A DNA stretch of 64,000 nucleotides from Longimicrobiales bacterium (GTDB lineage Bacteria > Gemmatimonadota > Gemmatimonadetes > Longimicrobiales > Gaopeijiaceae). This document shows positions 19,521-29,599 of this stretch, one piece after another; the stretch's first letter is position 1; every line of letters starts with the position of its first letter. The DNA is taken from the NCBI GenBank assembly GCA_965202985.1, contig CBDBCF010000001.1:544001-608000 (forward strand), in the 5' to 3' direction. Under the pieces are notes generated by a model. It ran no database searches, was not told the origin of the DNA, and saw only the letters and a list, made by a program, of their open reading frames with translations. A program made the position numbers and the translations under genes.

Positions 19521-19707
19521 TTCGGTCCGATCCTCCTCCGCACGGTGCTTCGAATGCCCCGGTGGCACCCCGGAAATGTCGTTGCGACGCGCCCGGCCCG
19601 CAACCCGAGCCCGGGTCCGCGGCGAAGTGGCCCGCTAGGCTAGGCTTTTTCGCGGACGGCGCGCTAGATTCTCCCAGTGCTCGTTGGATTGCCCGACCAG
19701 GAGGACT

Positions 19708-19983
19708 ATGCTGGACGCTCTTCGGGCAGAAAGGAAGCTCAACATGCTAGGCGGACTCGGAATCCAGGAACTCGGCCTGCTACTCCCTGCGGCTCTCCCG
19801 TCCCTGCTGATCGTCGCGGCCCTGGTGGTGATCGCGGTCAAGACGGTCCAGACGGCGAGGGCGGTGGACGAGATATCGAGTTCCATGAGGGCGGTCAACA
19901 GACAGTTGCAGAAGATCGCGGGCGCCCTTGGGGAGCCGGAAGCGCGGCAGGGAACAGGACCGGAGCGGCCACAGTCCGAATAG
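19708..19983 (+). CDS. Small single-TM hypothetical protein
   Basis: GGAGG RBS before ATG 19708; LGIQEL + hydrophobic helix; alternative start 19744. Confidence 0.5.
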   Translation: MLDALRAERKLNMLGGLGIQELGLLLPAALPSLLIVAALVVIAVKTVQTARAVDEISSSMRAVNRQLQKIAGALGEPEARQGTGPERPQSE

Positions 19984-20069
19984 GACACGGGCCGTCGCGA
20001 CTTGGCGGTCCATTCGCGGAACGCCGATTCGATTTGTCCCGATCGGCAATCTGATTTACAATCCGTGCC

Positions 20070-21272
20070 ATGATCGTTCGCACACTTGAGCCGTGTCTGC
20101 GCCGGGCCGCCCGCGAGTCGCCGGTGGTCGCGGTCACCGGCCCCCGCCAGTCGGGCAAGACGACCTTGTGTCGGGCGTGCTTCCCGGACCACGAGTACGT
20201 GAGCCTGGAGGCGCTGGACATGCGCGAGTTCGCGGAGACCGATCCGAGGGGGTTTCTGGCCCAGCACTCCGGCCCCGTGGTGTTCGACGAAGTTCAGCGG
20301 GCGCCCACCCTGTTCTCGTATCTGCAGGGAGACGTGGACGCGGACCCGGCGCCGGGCCGATTCGTGCTGACCGGTTCGCAGCACTTCGGCCTGACGGAAG
20401 CGATCAGCCAGTCGCTGGCCGGTCGGGTGTCCGCGCTCAACCTTCTGCCGCTGAGCCTGGAGGAGATCGGGCGCTTTCCGTCCAAGACGCGCCCCCTTCC
20501 CAGCGCCCCCGACGACCTTTGGGCCACCGTGTGGACGGGCGGCTATCCCCGAATCCACGACAAGAACCTTCGGGCGGATCAATGGCTGGCCGGGTACGCC
20601 GACACTTACGTCCAGCAGGACGTTCGCCAGGTGCTCCAGGTGACCAACCTGATCGCCTTCACCACCTTCTTGCGCTTGGCGGCGGGGCGCACGGCCCAAG
20701 AGCTCAACCTGTCGTCGCTGGGGTCGGACGCGGGCGTGGCCCACGGGACCGTCCGGGGATGGCTTTCGGTGCTCGAAGCCAGCTTCGTCGTCTTTCGCGC
20801 GGCCCCGTGGCTGCGGAACTTCCGCAAGCGCTTGGTCAAGGCGCCCAAGCTGCACTTCGTGGACTCCGGGCTCGCGTGTCACTTGCTCGGGATTCGCGAC
20901 CCCGACCAGCTGCGCGTCCACCCGCTGCGGGGCGCGCTGTTCGAGAGCTGGTGCGCCTCCGAGGTCCTCAAAGCGCGCGTGCATCGAGGCGAGACGGGCG
21001 ACCTCTTCCACCTTCGCGAGGCGAGAGGCGTGGAGCTGGACTTGGTGGTCGAGTCGGCCCGCCGCACGATCGCCGTGGAGATGAAGTCGGGCGCCACCGT
21101 CGCGTCCGAGTTCTTTCGGGCGCTGGAGACGTTCCCCGATCGCGCCCGGCACGCCAACCCGCACCTGGAGCCCGTCGCCCGGCTGATCTACGGCGGGGGC
21201 GGCCCGCTGGGGCGCCGGAGCAGCGCCGAGGTCGTTCCCTGGGCCGCCATCCAAGACATGGACTGGACGTGA
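20070..21272 (+). CDS. AAA_14 ATPase + DUF4143 protein
   Basis: GPRQSGKT, FDEVQ, LTGS, GGYP, KLHFVDSGL, ELDLVVE..AVEMK. Confidence 0.9.
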   Translation: MIVRTLEPCLRRAARESPVVAVTGPRQSGKTTLCRACFPDHEYVSLEALDMREFAETDPRGFLAQHSGPVVFDEVQRAPTLFSYLQGDVDADPAPGRFVLTGSQHFGLTEAISQSLAGRVSALNLLPLSLEEIGRFPSKTRPLPSAPDDLWATVWTGGYPRIHDKNLRADQWLAGYADTYVQQDVRQVLQVTNLIAFTTFLRLAAGRTAQELNLSSLGSDAGVAHGTVRGWLSVLEASFVVFRAAPWLRNFRKRLVKAPKLHFVDSGLACHLLGIRDPDQLRVHPLRGALFESWCASEVLKARVHRGETGDLFHLREARGVELDLVVESARRTIAVEMKSGATVASEFFRALETFPDRARHANPHLEPVARLIYGGGGPLGRRSSAEVVPWAAIQDMDWT

Positions 21273-21317
21273 CCCCGCGCGGCAACGTCCAGTCCGCGGC
21301 GCCCCGGCGCCCGCAAG

Positions 21318-22748
21318 TCAGTTGATCCCCACGCGCCCTTCCACATCGGCCAGCATCGACGGCGAGTCGTAGCCCACGCCGTCCTTGAAGACGACGGTGA
21401 CGTTGCGCACCACCGACGGGTCCGCCGTCAGGTCGCCGCGCATGACCACCAAGTCCGCGAGCTTGCCGGCCTCCACGGTCCCCAGGTCGCCGAACACGCC
21501 CAGTACGCGGGCGCCGTTGGCGGTCAGGACTTGCACGGCCTCTTCGGGGGCGAAGCCGGCCTCGATGAAGAGCTCGTAGTTGCGCTGGTCGCCGTAGCCG
21601 GGCAGTGCGCCGCCGTTGCCGGTGGGGTCCACGCCCGCCGCGAGCAGGCCGCCGGCGTCGTGGAACGCCTTCTCGTAGGCCATGGCGTTGAGGAATCCGG
21701 CCTCGGGGCGTCCGATCTCGTCGATCTGGGCCTTGGCCGCCAGATAATCCTCCCGGACGGCCGGCGCCATGGCTCGAAGGGTCCGCTCGTCCCTCGTCGG
21801 GCGTCCCTGCACGAACAGCTCGTACACGGCCAGTGTGGAGGTCATCGCCACGTCGGCGTCGATCATGGCCTTGAAGGTGGCTTGCACTTCGGGGCTGCTC
21901 ACGTCCACGCGCGCGACGGTGTCGCGCAGGTCGGCGGGGCATTCGTCCTTGACCTTGTCGGGCGAGTAGTCGCTGTTCGTGGTCAGGCCGTGCTCGATGT
22001 TGTCGATCCCCAGCGCCACCGCCTCGGTGAAGCTGATCGAGCACAAGTGACCCGTCACCTTCAGCCCCGCCTTGTGCGCCTCGTCGATCGCGGCGGCCAG
22101 CTCGTTGGTGCGGATCGTGGTGTACGCCTTGAGCCACGTGGCGCCCTCGGCCGCCCAGTACCGCACGAACCGCCGCGCCTGCTCGGCGCTCCGGAACCGC
22201 GTCATGATCTCCAGGCTCTCGTCGCCGGTCATGTACGGCGCGGTGATGTGAATGCGCGGCCCCGGCTGCAAGCCCCGTTCGATCTCGTCCTTCAAGTTGA
22301 GCTCGGCATAGGTGGCCAAGCTGCCGGTCGTCCGGATCGTGGTCACGCCCGACGCCAAGTACAAGCGCTGGCCCGTGTAGCTCATCGGGTTCATCCGCCC
22401 GCCCGCCGCCATGTAGAACATGTGGTTGTGCAGCCCCACCATGCCGGGCATGACCGTGTGGCCGGACAGGTCCAAGACGTGCGCGTCGTCGGGCACTCGG
22501 ACGTCGGCGTCGGCCCCGACCGCCGCGATCCGGTTCCCCTCCACGAGAACCGTCTGGCCGCGCCGCGCGGGTCCGCCGGCGCCGTCCAGCAGCGTCGCAC
22601 CCGTCAGCGCGATCACGGGCGCGTCAATGGCCACATAGGACGCCGCCTCCGATTCAGGGGACGGACGCTGGGCAAGGGCGTCGGCGGCGCGCGCAACTTG
22701 TGTACAGGCGAGCGCGACGAAGACGGCGGTCAAAGTTCGGATCGACAT
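21318..22748 (-). CDS. Secreted amidohydrolase-family protein
   Basis: Signal peptide; MPGMVGLHNH, GVTTIR, IEHG, GTVEAGKLADLVV. Confidence 0.9.
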   Translation of the reverse strand: MSIRTLTAVFVALACTQVARAADALAQRPSPESEAASYVAIDAPVIALTGATLLDGAGGPARRGQTVLVEGNRIAAVGADADVRVPDDAHVLDLSGHTVMPGMVGLHNHMFYMAAGGRMNPMSYTGQRLYLASGVTTIRTTGSLATYAELNLKDEIERGLQPGPRIHITAPYMTGDESLEIMTRFRSAEQARRFVRYWAAEGATWLKAYTTIRTNELAAAIDEAHKAGLKVTGHLCSISFTEAVALGIDNIEHGLTTNSDYSPDKVKDECPADLRDTVARVDVSSPEVQATFKAMIDADVAMTSTLAVYELFVQGRPTRDERTLRAMAPAVREDYLAAKAQIDEIGRPEAGFLNAMAYEKAFHDAGGLLAAGVDPTGNGGALPGYGDQRNYELFIEAGFAPEEAVQVLTANGARVLGVFGDLGTVEAGKLADLVVMRGDLTADPSVVRNVTVVFKDGVGYDSPSMLADVEGRVGIN

Positions 22749-22829
22749 CGGGCGGCTCCTTCGGCCGGTGAGTGTTCGTGTTGGATTGGCGTCGGTCAGG
22801 GGAAGGCGGCCGTCACGGGCCGGCGGCGG

Positions 22830-25124
22830 TCACGGATTGACGGTGAACATCATGCGCATCCCGGACTCCAGGTGCTCGGAGATGTGGCAGTGGGCCATCC
22901 ACCGGCCCGGATTGGTCACTTCGAGAAGGATGTCGGTCGTGGTTCCGGTGGGCAACAGGACGGTGTCCTTCCATGCCAAGTTCTCGTTCGGCACGCCGTT
23001 GCGCGCCAGCACAAGGAACCGCTGGCCGTGAATGTGAAACGGGTGCTGCATGGCATGAAACGAGCGCCGTTCGTTGTGCAGCCGAAGCTTGACCACGTCG
23101 CCCACGGAGAACTCCCACTCGATCTCCATGTTCTCGCGCCCGCTGGCCGGTTCGCGCACGATCCACCGCACCTCTTCCGACGTGGAGTTCCAGTTCATCA
23201 TGGGCATTGTGCCGCTCCACTCCACCGGATGGAAGTACGCGGAGTCGAAGCGCATGAGCCGGTCCACGACGAAGGGGATGTCGCCGGTCTCCAGCGTGAA
23301 CGTGAGATCGTGGTCCACCGGGGCGTCGAAGTACTCCCGGAACAGGGCGATCTCGCGGGCCGCGTGAAGGTTCGCGCGCGCGCTGTCGAAGGCCAAGGCG
23401 GCGCTGGACCGCCGGCCCGCCGAAGCCAGCGCACTCGGGGCCACGCGCACCGTTCCCAGCGTGTCCGTCTCCTGGAAGAACCGGCCGCCCAGGTGGTCGA
23501 TTCCCTGTACCCGGTTGAGCATTGCATAGTCCCCGGGTTGGTCGAAGCGCACATGCGCAACGTACCGCTCGGCCGGACTCAGCACGATGCTCTCCACCCA
23601 CTCCTCGCGCTCGAAGGCGCCCACGTCCGTGCCGACGACCTTCATTCGCGCGCGTCGGACGTCCCCCGGCGTTCCGAACGACACGTTGAACGTTCGCGTG
23701 TTCGACACGTTGGTCAGGTAGAGGCGGACCACCTCGTCGGCGCGCACGTTCAGTTCGTAGTCCGGCTCGCCGTTGACCAGCATCAAGTTGCCGAACCGTC
23801 CCATGAACGCATGCGTGGCGCGGTCGGCGCCGAAGGGCAGGGGCTGATCCATGGCTGGACCGGTCATGAGGAAGTCGTCCAGCATGAGCGCCTCTTCCCG
23901 ATCCGCCGGGCCGTAGTAGTCGGGCTGTCGGGGCTCGACCAGCATGTTGCCGTACAGGCCCAGGTCCTTCAGCACGTCTTCGCGGTGGTGCGGGTGGTAC
24001 CAGTAGATGCCCGGGTCCTTGAAGTGCACTGTGTACCGGAACGTCTCGCCGGGCGCCACGGGCTCCTGCGTGACGCCGGGCACGCCGTCGGAGGCGTTGT
24101 CCAAGCGCAGGCCGTGCCAGTGGATCGTCGTCGGCCACGGCACCGAATTCGTGAAGTCCACCGTGACCGTCGCGGCCTCGGGCACGTGCAGCAGCGGCCC
24201 CGGGTACTGGCCGTTGAAGGCGTACATGACGTGATCGGTTCCGCGGATGCGCCTGCGCACCAGACCGGCCTCCAGAGCTATTGCGCCGCCGTCCTCGATG
24301 CGACGGATCCGGCGGGGACGGGCCAAGGGCAGGTCGGAGAGGTCGGCGACTGCCGGCAGAAAGGGCTCGGCGCCCGGCGGCGCCAGCTCCATGAGCGCGG
24401 GGAACATCGTCAGGCCGGACATCATCCCCGGCCGGGGCCATTGACCGGGGGCCGCTGCCGCGCCCATTCCGTGATGATGCCGGTTGGCCGCGTCCGGCGC
24501 GCCCGTCGTCCCCGTCGCTCCGATCAGAAACTCCTGCATGTCGGGCGGCGACATGCGAGCGCTGGGCGACGTGGCCCGCAGCACAAGTCGGCCCGCCCAT
24601 TCGTCGCCGTCCGGCTGCGCCTCCGCCGTGATCAGGACCATGAACTTGTTGAGCCCGATCTCGCCGATGCTTCGAGTTCCGTTCCCGACCGGCCCCAAGT
24701 TCACGACGGTGTCGAACAACGGCGTCGCCAGCCACGCGACGAAGTGCTCGTAGTCGCCCAGCGAAGTCGGGTTCGGCAAGTCTTCCAGCGTCAAGACGCC
24801 CTCGTACAGGTGACGGCCCGCCGCATCCACGGCGACGCCGAACGGCGAAGGCGGCGTGCGCAGCTCCAGCCGCCCGGACGCAGGCTCCATGCCCGGTCGA
24901 GCCGTCAGGAACACGCAGTACAGATCGCGGCTGGGCTGCAACACGGCGCCGTCCGTCGGGGCCGAGTCGTCGCAGGGCGAAGAGCGGGGCTGGAAAGCGG
25001 CCGACGAAACCGGCAAAGGCACGGCCAGCGCCAGCAACGCCGCAACCGCAGCTCCGCCGACACGGCGCGCAACGACCGCCGACGGGCGGCGCCCAGCGGC
25101 CGACGTTCCGGCTTCCCGCGACAT
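22830..25124 (-). CDS. Multicopper oxidase with N-terminal extension
   Basis: IHWHG, YWYHPH, HPFHIHG, HCHISEHLESGM copper motifs. Confidence 0.92.
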   Translation of the reverse strand: MSREAGTSAAGRRPSAVVARRVGGAAVAALLALAVPLPVSSAAFQPRSSPCDDSAPTDGAVLQPSRDLYCVFLTARPGMEPASGRLELRTPPSPFGVAVDAAGRHLYEGVLTLEDLPNPTSLGDYEHFVAWLATPLFDTVVNLGPVGNGTRSIGEIGLNKFMVLITAEAQPDGDEWAGRLVLRATSPSARMSPPDMQEFLIGATGTTGAPDAANRHHHGMGAAAAPGQWPRPGMMSGLTMFPALMELAPPGAEPFLPAVADLSDLPLARPRRIRRIEDGGAIALEAGLVRRRIRGTDHVMYAFNGQYPGPLLHVPEAATVTVDFTNSVPWPTTIHWHGLRLDNASDGVPGVTQEPVAPGETFRYTVHFKDPGIYWYHPHHREDVLKDLGLYGNMLVEPRQPDYYGPADREEALMLDDFLMTGPAMDQPLPFGADRATHAFMGRFGNLMLVNGEPDYELNVRADEVVRLYLTNVSNTRTFNVSFGTPGDVRRARMKVVGTDVGAFEREEWVESIVLSPAERYVAHVRFDQPGDYAMLNRVQGIDHLGGRFFQETDTLGTVRVAPSALASAGRRSSAALAFDSARANLHAAREIALFREYFDAPVDHDLTFTLETGDIPFVVDRLMRFDSAYFHPVEWSGTMPMMNWNSTSEEVRWIVREPASGRENMEIEWEFSVGDVVKLRLHNERRSFHAMQHPFHIHGQRFLVLARNGVPNENLAWKDTVLLPTGTTTDILLEVTNPGRWMAHCHISEHLESGMRMMFTVNP

Positions 25125-25126
25125 CC

Positions 25127-26119
25127 TTACAGCCCCGCCTGCTCCTTGACGTACTGCGCGGCCTCCAAGTGCGTGGCGAACCAGACTTCCTCGCCGCGCA
25201 GCTTGATGTACTGGATCAGCTCCTCCAGCACGACGATCCGCGAGCGGTGGCCGATCACGTGCGGATGCATCGTCAAGAGAAACATGGTGCCTTCTCGGTA
25301 GGCGCCGTCGAAGTCGTCCTTCCATACTTGCAGCACTTCTCGGGGGTTGGCGTAGCGGTCGCCCAGCGGGTTGAGCAGCGGTGCGTCGTCCAGAATCCAC
25401 TCGACCGGCAGCTCCACCATGCCCGTGGGCTCGCCGTGCGCGTCGATCTCGTAGGGGCGGTCGTCGGCCATCAGCGACGAATCGTACAGGAAGCCCATCT
25501 CGCGGATGATCTCCAAGGTGTTGTCGCTGAAGTTCCACGAAGGCGCGCGGTAGCCCAGCGGCCGGACGCCGGTGACGCGGGTCAAGTAGTCCACGGCCCG
25601 TTGCAGAAGCGCGCGTTCGGTCTCTCGGTCCAGGCTGGAGTTGAGTTCGTGAATCCAACCGTGAACGGCGAACTCGTGGTGGCCGGCGGCCTGGATCAGG
25701 TCGATCTGCGACGGATCCAGCACCAAGCTGACGGCGGGGACGAAGAACGAAGCCGGGACGCCTTCCCGATCCAGCAGGTCGACGACGCGCGGCAACGCCA
25801 CGCGGGCGCCGAATTGGCCTCGCGACAAGGAACCGACAGTGGCGTCGCCGTAGCGAAGCCCCGTCACGGTCTCGTTGTCCACGTCGAACGACAGCAGCAC
25901 GGCCACCCGCGCGGCGCCCGGCCACGTCGCCGGCTGGAGGCTTCTTCCCGCCCGAACAGCGTTGACCGTCGTCGCCACGCGCTCGTCCGACCAAGTCCAG
26001 CCTGGTTCGTTCTCCGGCGGCCCGGACTCCGCATCGGGGTGAGCGTCCACCGGGCGACACGCCGAAACGGCGGCCAAGCACGCCAGCCAACGCGCCCCGG
26101 CGCGAATTCGGGCTCTCAT
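25127..26119 (-). CDS. Polysaccharide deacetylase (PuuE/PgdA-like), lipoprotein
   Basis: LSFDVD, HGWIH, YRAPSW, LTMHPH; lipobox-like VSAC. Confidence 0.88.
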   Translation of the reverse strand: MRARIRAGARWLACLAAVSACRPVDAHPDAESGPPENEPGWTWSDERVATTVNAVRAGRSLQPATWPGAARVAVLLSFDVDNETVTGLRYGDATVGSLSRGQFGARVALPRVVDLLDREGVPASFFVPAVSLVLDPSQIDLIQAAGHHEFAVHGWIHELNSSLDRETERALLQRAVDYLTRVTGVRPLGYRAPSWNFSDNTLEIIREMGFLYDSSLMADDRPYEIDAHGEPTGMVELPVEWILDDAPLLNPLGDRYANPREVLQVWKDDFDGAYREGTMFLLTMHPHVIGHRSRIVVLEELIQYIKLRGEEVWFATHLEAAQYVKEQAGL

Positions 26120-28110
26120 TGCGGGCGCTCCCAGCGCTCCCGATTCTCCCGGCCCTCTTCTCCGTCCAGCATCCCCAGGTCCCGCACCGTCTCGACGATG
26201 CGCACGAACTCGCCCCGGTATCCGCGCGGGTCCGCGCCCTTGCTCGCTCCCGCCAACCGGATCACGTCGTCCAAGGTGTAGTCGGCCGAATGGGGCGACT
26301 CGCGCAACAGCATCCCGAAGCCGGCGACGGCCGCGGCAAAGCGAAAGTCGTCGGACGGCGAACCCGCCTCGGCGTCCACGGGCTGGGCCAGCAGCTTGCT
26401 GGCGGTTTCGTCCGGCTCCTTGTAGCGCACCTTCACGTAGAGAAGTTCGCCGTCGAAGGCGGTCGGGGCGCCCTCCGATTCCCCCGTGCCCCGCGACTCC
26501 CCGCTCCCTCGCCCCGGCTGGTAGCGCAGCGGCTCGGCGGTTCCGCCCCTGGGGACCTCCATTCCGGCGGGCACGACCTCGTACAGGGCGGTCACGGTGT
26601 GGCCGGCGCCCAGCTCGCCGGCGTCCTTGGCGTCGTCGGCAAAGTCTTCGTCGTCCAGAAGTCGGTTCTCGTAGCCGATCAGGCGGTAGCCGGCGGCCTG
26701 GGCCGGGTTGAACTCGACTTGCAGCTTTACGTCCTTGGCCAGGGTCAGCAGCGTGCCGCCCATCTCTTCGACCAGCACCTTGCGCGCTTCCAGCAGGTTG
26801 TCCAGATAGTGAAAGTTGCCGTTTCCGTGGTCGGCGATCTGCTCCATCTTCGAGTCCTTCAGGTTGCCCGTGCCGAAACCGAGCACCGTCAGGAAGACGC
26901 CGTCGTCCCGCTGCTTCTCGATCAGCTGCACCATCTCGGCGTCGCTGGACGCGCCCACGTTGAAGTCGCCGTCCGTAGCCAGGATTACGCGGTTGTTGCC
27001 GCCCTCCACGAAGTGCTTGCGCGCCACGTCGTACGCCAAGCGAATCCCCTCGCCGCCCGCCGTGCTGCCGCCCGCGCGCAAGTCCTCCAGCGCCGCCAGG
27101 ATTTCGCCCCGCTGGTTGCCCGGCGTTGAAGGCAGCGCCAGCCCCGCCGCGCCCGCGTACACGGCAATCGCCACGCGGTCGCTGGGGCGCAGCTGCTCCA
27201 CCAACAGCGCGAACGCCTTCTTGAGCAGCGGCAGCTTGTCCAGCGACGCCATCGACCCCGACACGTCCAGCAGGAAGACCAAGTTGCTGGGCGGCAAATG
27301 CGCCGTCTCGACCGCACGCGCGCGCAGACCGATCCGCACCAGTCGATGCTCCGGCTTCCAAGGCGCGTGCCACACCTCCGTGGTCACGGCGAAGGGGTGT
27401 TCGCCGAACAGGGATTCCGTCCGCCCCCAGTCGTAGGGGAAGTAGTTGATCATCTCCTCGATGCGCACGGCGTCCACAGGCGGGCGTTCACCGGACTGGA
27501 CGAAGCGCCGGACGTTGGCGTACGAAGCCCGGTCCACATCGATCGAGAAGGTGGAGAGGGGCGACGTGGCGACGCGCTGGAAGTCGTTCTCGCGGATGTG
27601 CGCGTAGGACTCGGTGTTGAAACCGGGCGGCGGCGCCCACGAAATGCCCATCGACCGCGCCAGCATCCGGGGCTGGCCAGCGGCTTCCGGCGCGACGACG
27701 GCCTCGTGCATGGCGGCGCCCGGCCCCCCCGGCATCAGCGCGAACGACACTAACGCGGTCTGGCCGGCGACGACGGTCACCGCCTCCTGCCCGGACACGT
27801 ATCCCGACGCGCGCGCCTCCAGCACGTGCTGTCCCGCCGGGACGCGGCGCAGGCCGAAGCGGCCTGAAGGTCCCGCCTGCACGCTGGTCCCCGTGCCCAC
27901 CAGCACGACCTCCGCGTTGGCCACCGGGAGGCCGGTGACGGCGTCGGTCACCTCGCCTTCGACGATGCCGGTCTGGGCACCGGCGTGAGCCGGGGACGCC
28001 GCCGCCAGCAAGGCAAGCAGGCAGGCGAGGCGGGCCAGCGCAAGCCACGGGGCCGGCGCCGCAGCGGCAAGGCGCGTGGACTGGGCGTTTCCGGCATCGA
28101 TGCGTGTCAT
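26116..28110 (-). CDS. YfbK-like vWA domain protein with carboxypeptidase-regulatory-like N-domain
   Basis: STFSIDVDRASY, FLLDVSGSM MIDAS, ILATDGDFNVG, YRLIGYENR. Confidence 0.92.
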   Translation of the reverse strand: MTRIDAGNAQSTRLAAAAPAPWLALARLACLLALLAAASPAHAGAQTGIVEGEVTDAVTGLPVANAEVVLVGTGTSVQAGPSGRFGLRRVPAGQHVLEARASGYVSGQEAVTVVAGQTALVSFALMPGGPGAAMHEAVVAPEAAGQPRMLARSMGISWAPPPGFNTESYAHIRENDFQRVATSPLSTFSIDVDRASYANVRRFVQSGERPPVDAVRIEEMINYFPYDWGRTESLFGEHPFAVTTEVWHAPWKPEHRLVRIGLRARAVETAHLPPSNLVFLLDVSGSMASLDKLPLLKKAFALLVEQLRPSDRVAIAVYAGAAGLALPSTPGNQRGEILAALEDLRAGGSTAGGEGIRLAYDVARKHFVEGGNNRVILATDGDFNVGASSDAEMVQLIEKQRDDGVFLTVLGFGTGNLKDSKMEQIADHGNGNFHYLDNLLEARKVLVEEMGGTLLTLAKDVKLQVEFNPAQAAGYRLIGYENRLLDDEDFADDAKDAGELGAGHTVTALYEVVPAGMEVPRGGTAEPLRYQPGRGSGESRGTGESEGAPTAFDGELLYVKVRYKEPDETASKLLAQPVDAEAGSPSDDFRFAAAVAGFGMLLRESPHSADYTLDDVIRLAGASKGADPRGYRGEFVRIVETVRDLGMLDGEEGRENRERWERPQ

Positions 28111-28222
28111 GGTTCTTACCCTTCCGTCGCAGAAATGGAACAAATTGTCGGGTAGCCGAGTACTCCCTGTTTGTTGCCACGCGAACCGGGCATCGTTGCC
28201 CGTCCCCAACAAGGAGATTCCC

Positions 28223-28819
28223 ATGCTGACGAAGAAAACGCCAGCCCGCCCCGCCCTCGGCGCGACTCTGGCCACCGCACTCGCCGCCCTGCTGGCACTC
28301 CCGCTCTTGCCCGGCGCGGTCGTCGGCCAGACTACGGACGGCGCCGTCACCAAGGACCCCACGCCGATCGCGCGCGCCGCGACCGGGACCTACTTCCACG
28401 CCAGCTTCGGCGCGACCTCGTTGATGGGCTACGACGACGGATACGCCCTGACCGCCGGGCTCGGCGACTACGCCGTCTTCAACCGCTTCCGCGGCGAAGC
28501 GGAGCTGTCGTTGACGTCCATGTCGAGCGTCAGCGCGCTGACGGCGACGGCCAACGCCTACTACGACTACCACAACCGCACCGCGTGGACACCGTTCGTC
28601 GGATTGGGCGTCGGCATCGGGTCCGAAGCGTACTCCGGCGGCGGGGGCCGCGGATGGAGCGAGCCGGCGTACAGCAGACTCCATGGCACGATCCACGGCA
28701 ACCTGGGCGTGGCTTACGCGGCTACCGACGACCTGACGGCGCAATTGGCACTTCGGGCGTTCGGCGGGCCGGGGACCGAACGGGGTTGGGTCCAGATGGG
28801 CGTGCGCCTCAACCGCTGA
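28223..28819 (+). CDS. Small outer-membrane beta-barrel protein, copy 1
   Basis: AAGGAG RBS, signal peptide, FRGEAEL, ANAYYD, PFVGLGVG. Confidence 0.8.
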   Translation: MLTKKTPARPALGATLATALAALLALPLLPGAVVGQTTDGAVTKDPTPIARAATGTYFHASFGATSLMGYDDGYALTAGLGDYAVFNRFRGEAELSLTSMSSVSALTATANAYYDYHNRTAWTPFVGLGVGIGSEAYSGGGGRGWSEPAYSRLHGTIHGNLGVAYAATDDLTAQLALRAFGGPGTERGWVQMGVRLNR

Positions 28820-28926
28820 CCCCGCTCGCCAACACTCGCCAAGACAACCCGCCAAGCGTCCGAATGCGTCGCAACTGCTAGGGCGATTGTGCTTCGCCGT
28901 CGCCCGTCCCGACAAAGGAGACTCCC

Positions 28927-29556
28927 ATGCTGACGAAGAAAACGCCGGCCCGCCCGACGCGCGCCGCCCTTCCCGCACTCGCCGCCTTGCTGGCCCTCCC
29001 GCTCTTGCCCGGCGCGGCCGTCGGCCAGTCCGCGGACGGCGCCGTCACCAAGGACCCCACCCCTGTCGCGCACACCGCCACCGGGAACTACTTCCGGGTC
29101 GGCTTGGGCATGACCTCGTTGGTCCGGTACGACGAGGGAATCGCCCTGATCGCCGCACTCGGCGACCACGCCGTCTTCGACCGCTTCCGGGGCGAGGTGG
29201 AGCTGTCGTTCGCGTCCGTGTCCGGCATCGGGTTCTGCGAGGAGTTCCGATGCTACGAGAACGGTGTCCGCACGTTGGCGCTGACGGCCAACGCCTACTA
29301 CGACTACCACAACCGCACCGCGTGGACGCCGTTTGTAGGATTGGGCGTCGGCATCGAGTCCGAAGCGTACTCCGGCGGCTGGGACCGTGGATGGCGCCAA
29401 CGGGCGCACAGCCAGTTCCAGGGCCGAGTCCACGGCAACCTGGGCGTCGCCTACGCGGCCACGGACGACTTGGCCGTGCAACTGGCGTGGCGGGCGTTCG
29501 GTCAGACGGGGGCCGACCAAGGCTGGCTCCACTTGGGAGTGCGCCTCAACCGCTGA
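28927..29556 (+). CDS. Small outer-membrane beta-barrel protein, copy 2
   Basis: Tandem paralog including the RBS region. Confidence 0.8.
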   Translation: MLTKKTPARPTRAALPALAALLALPLLPGAAVGQSADGAVTKDPTPVAHTATGNYFRVGLGMTSLVRYDEGIALIAALGDHAVFDRFRGEVELSFASVSGIGFCEEFRCYENGVRTLALTANAYYDYHNRTAWTPFVGLGVGIESEAYSGGWDRGWRQRAHSQFQGRVHGNLGVAYAATDDLAVQLAWRAFGQTGADQGWLHLGVRLNR

Positions 29557-29599
29557 CCGGCTCTTGGCGCAGGTCGCCCGGGCGCAGGCGCTCCGCCGC

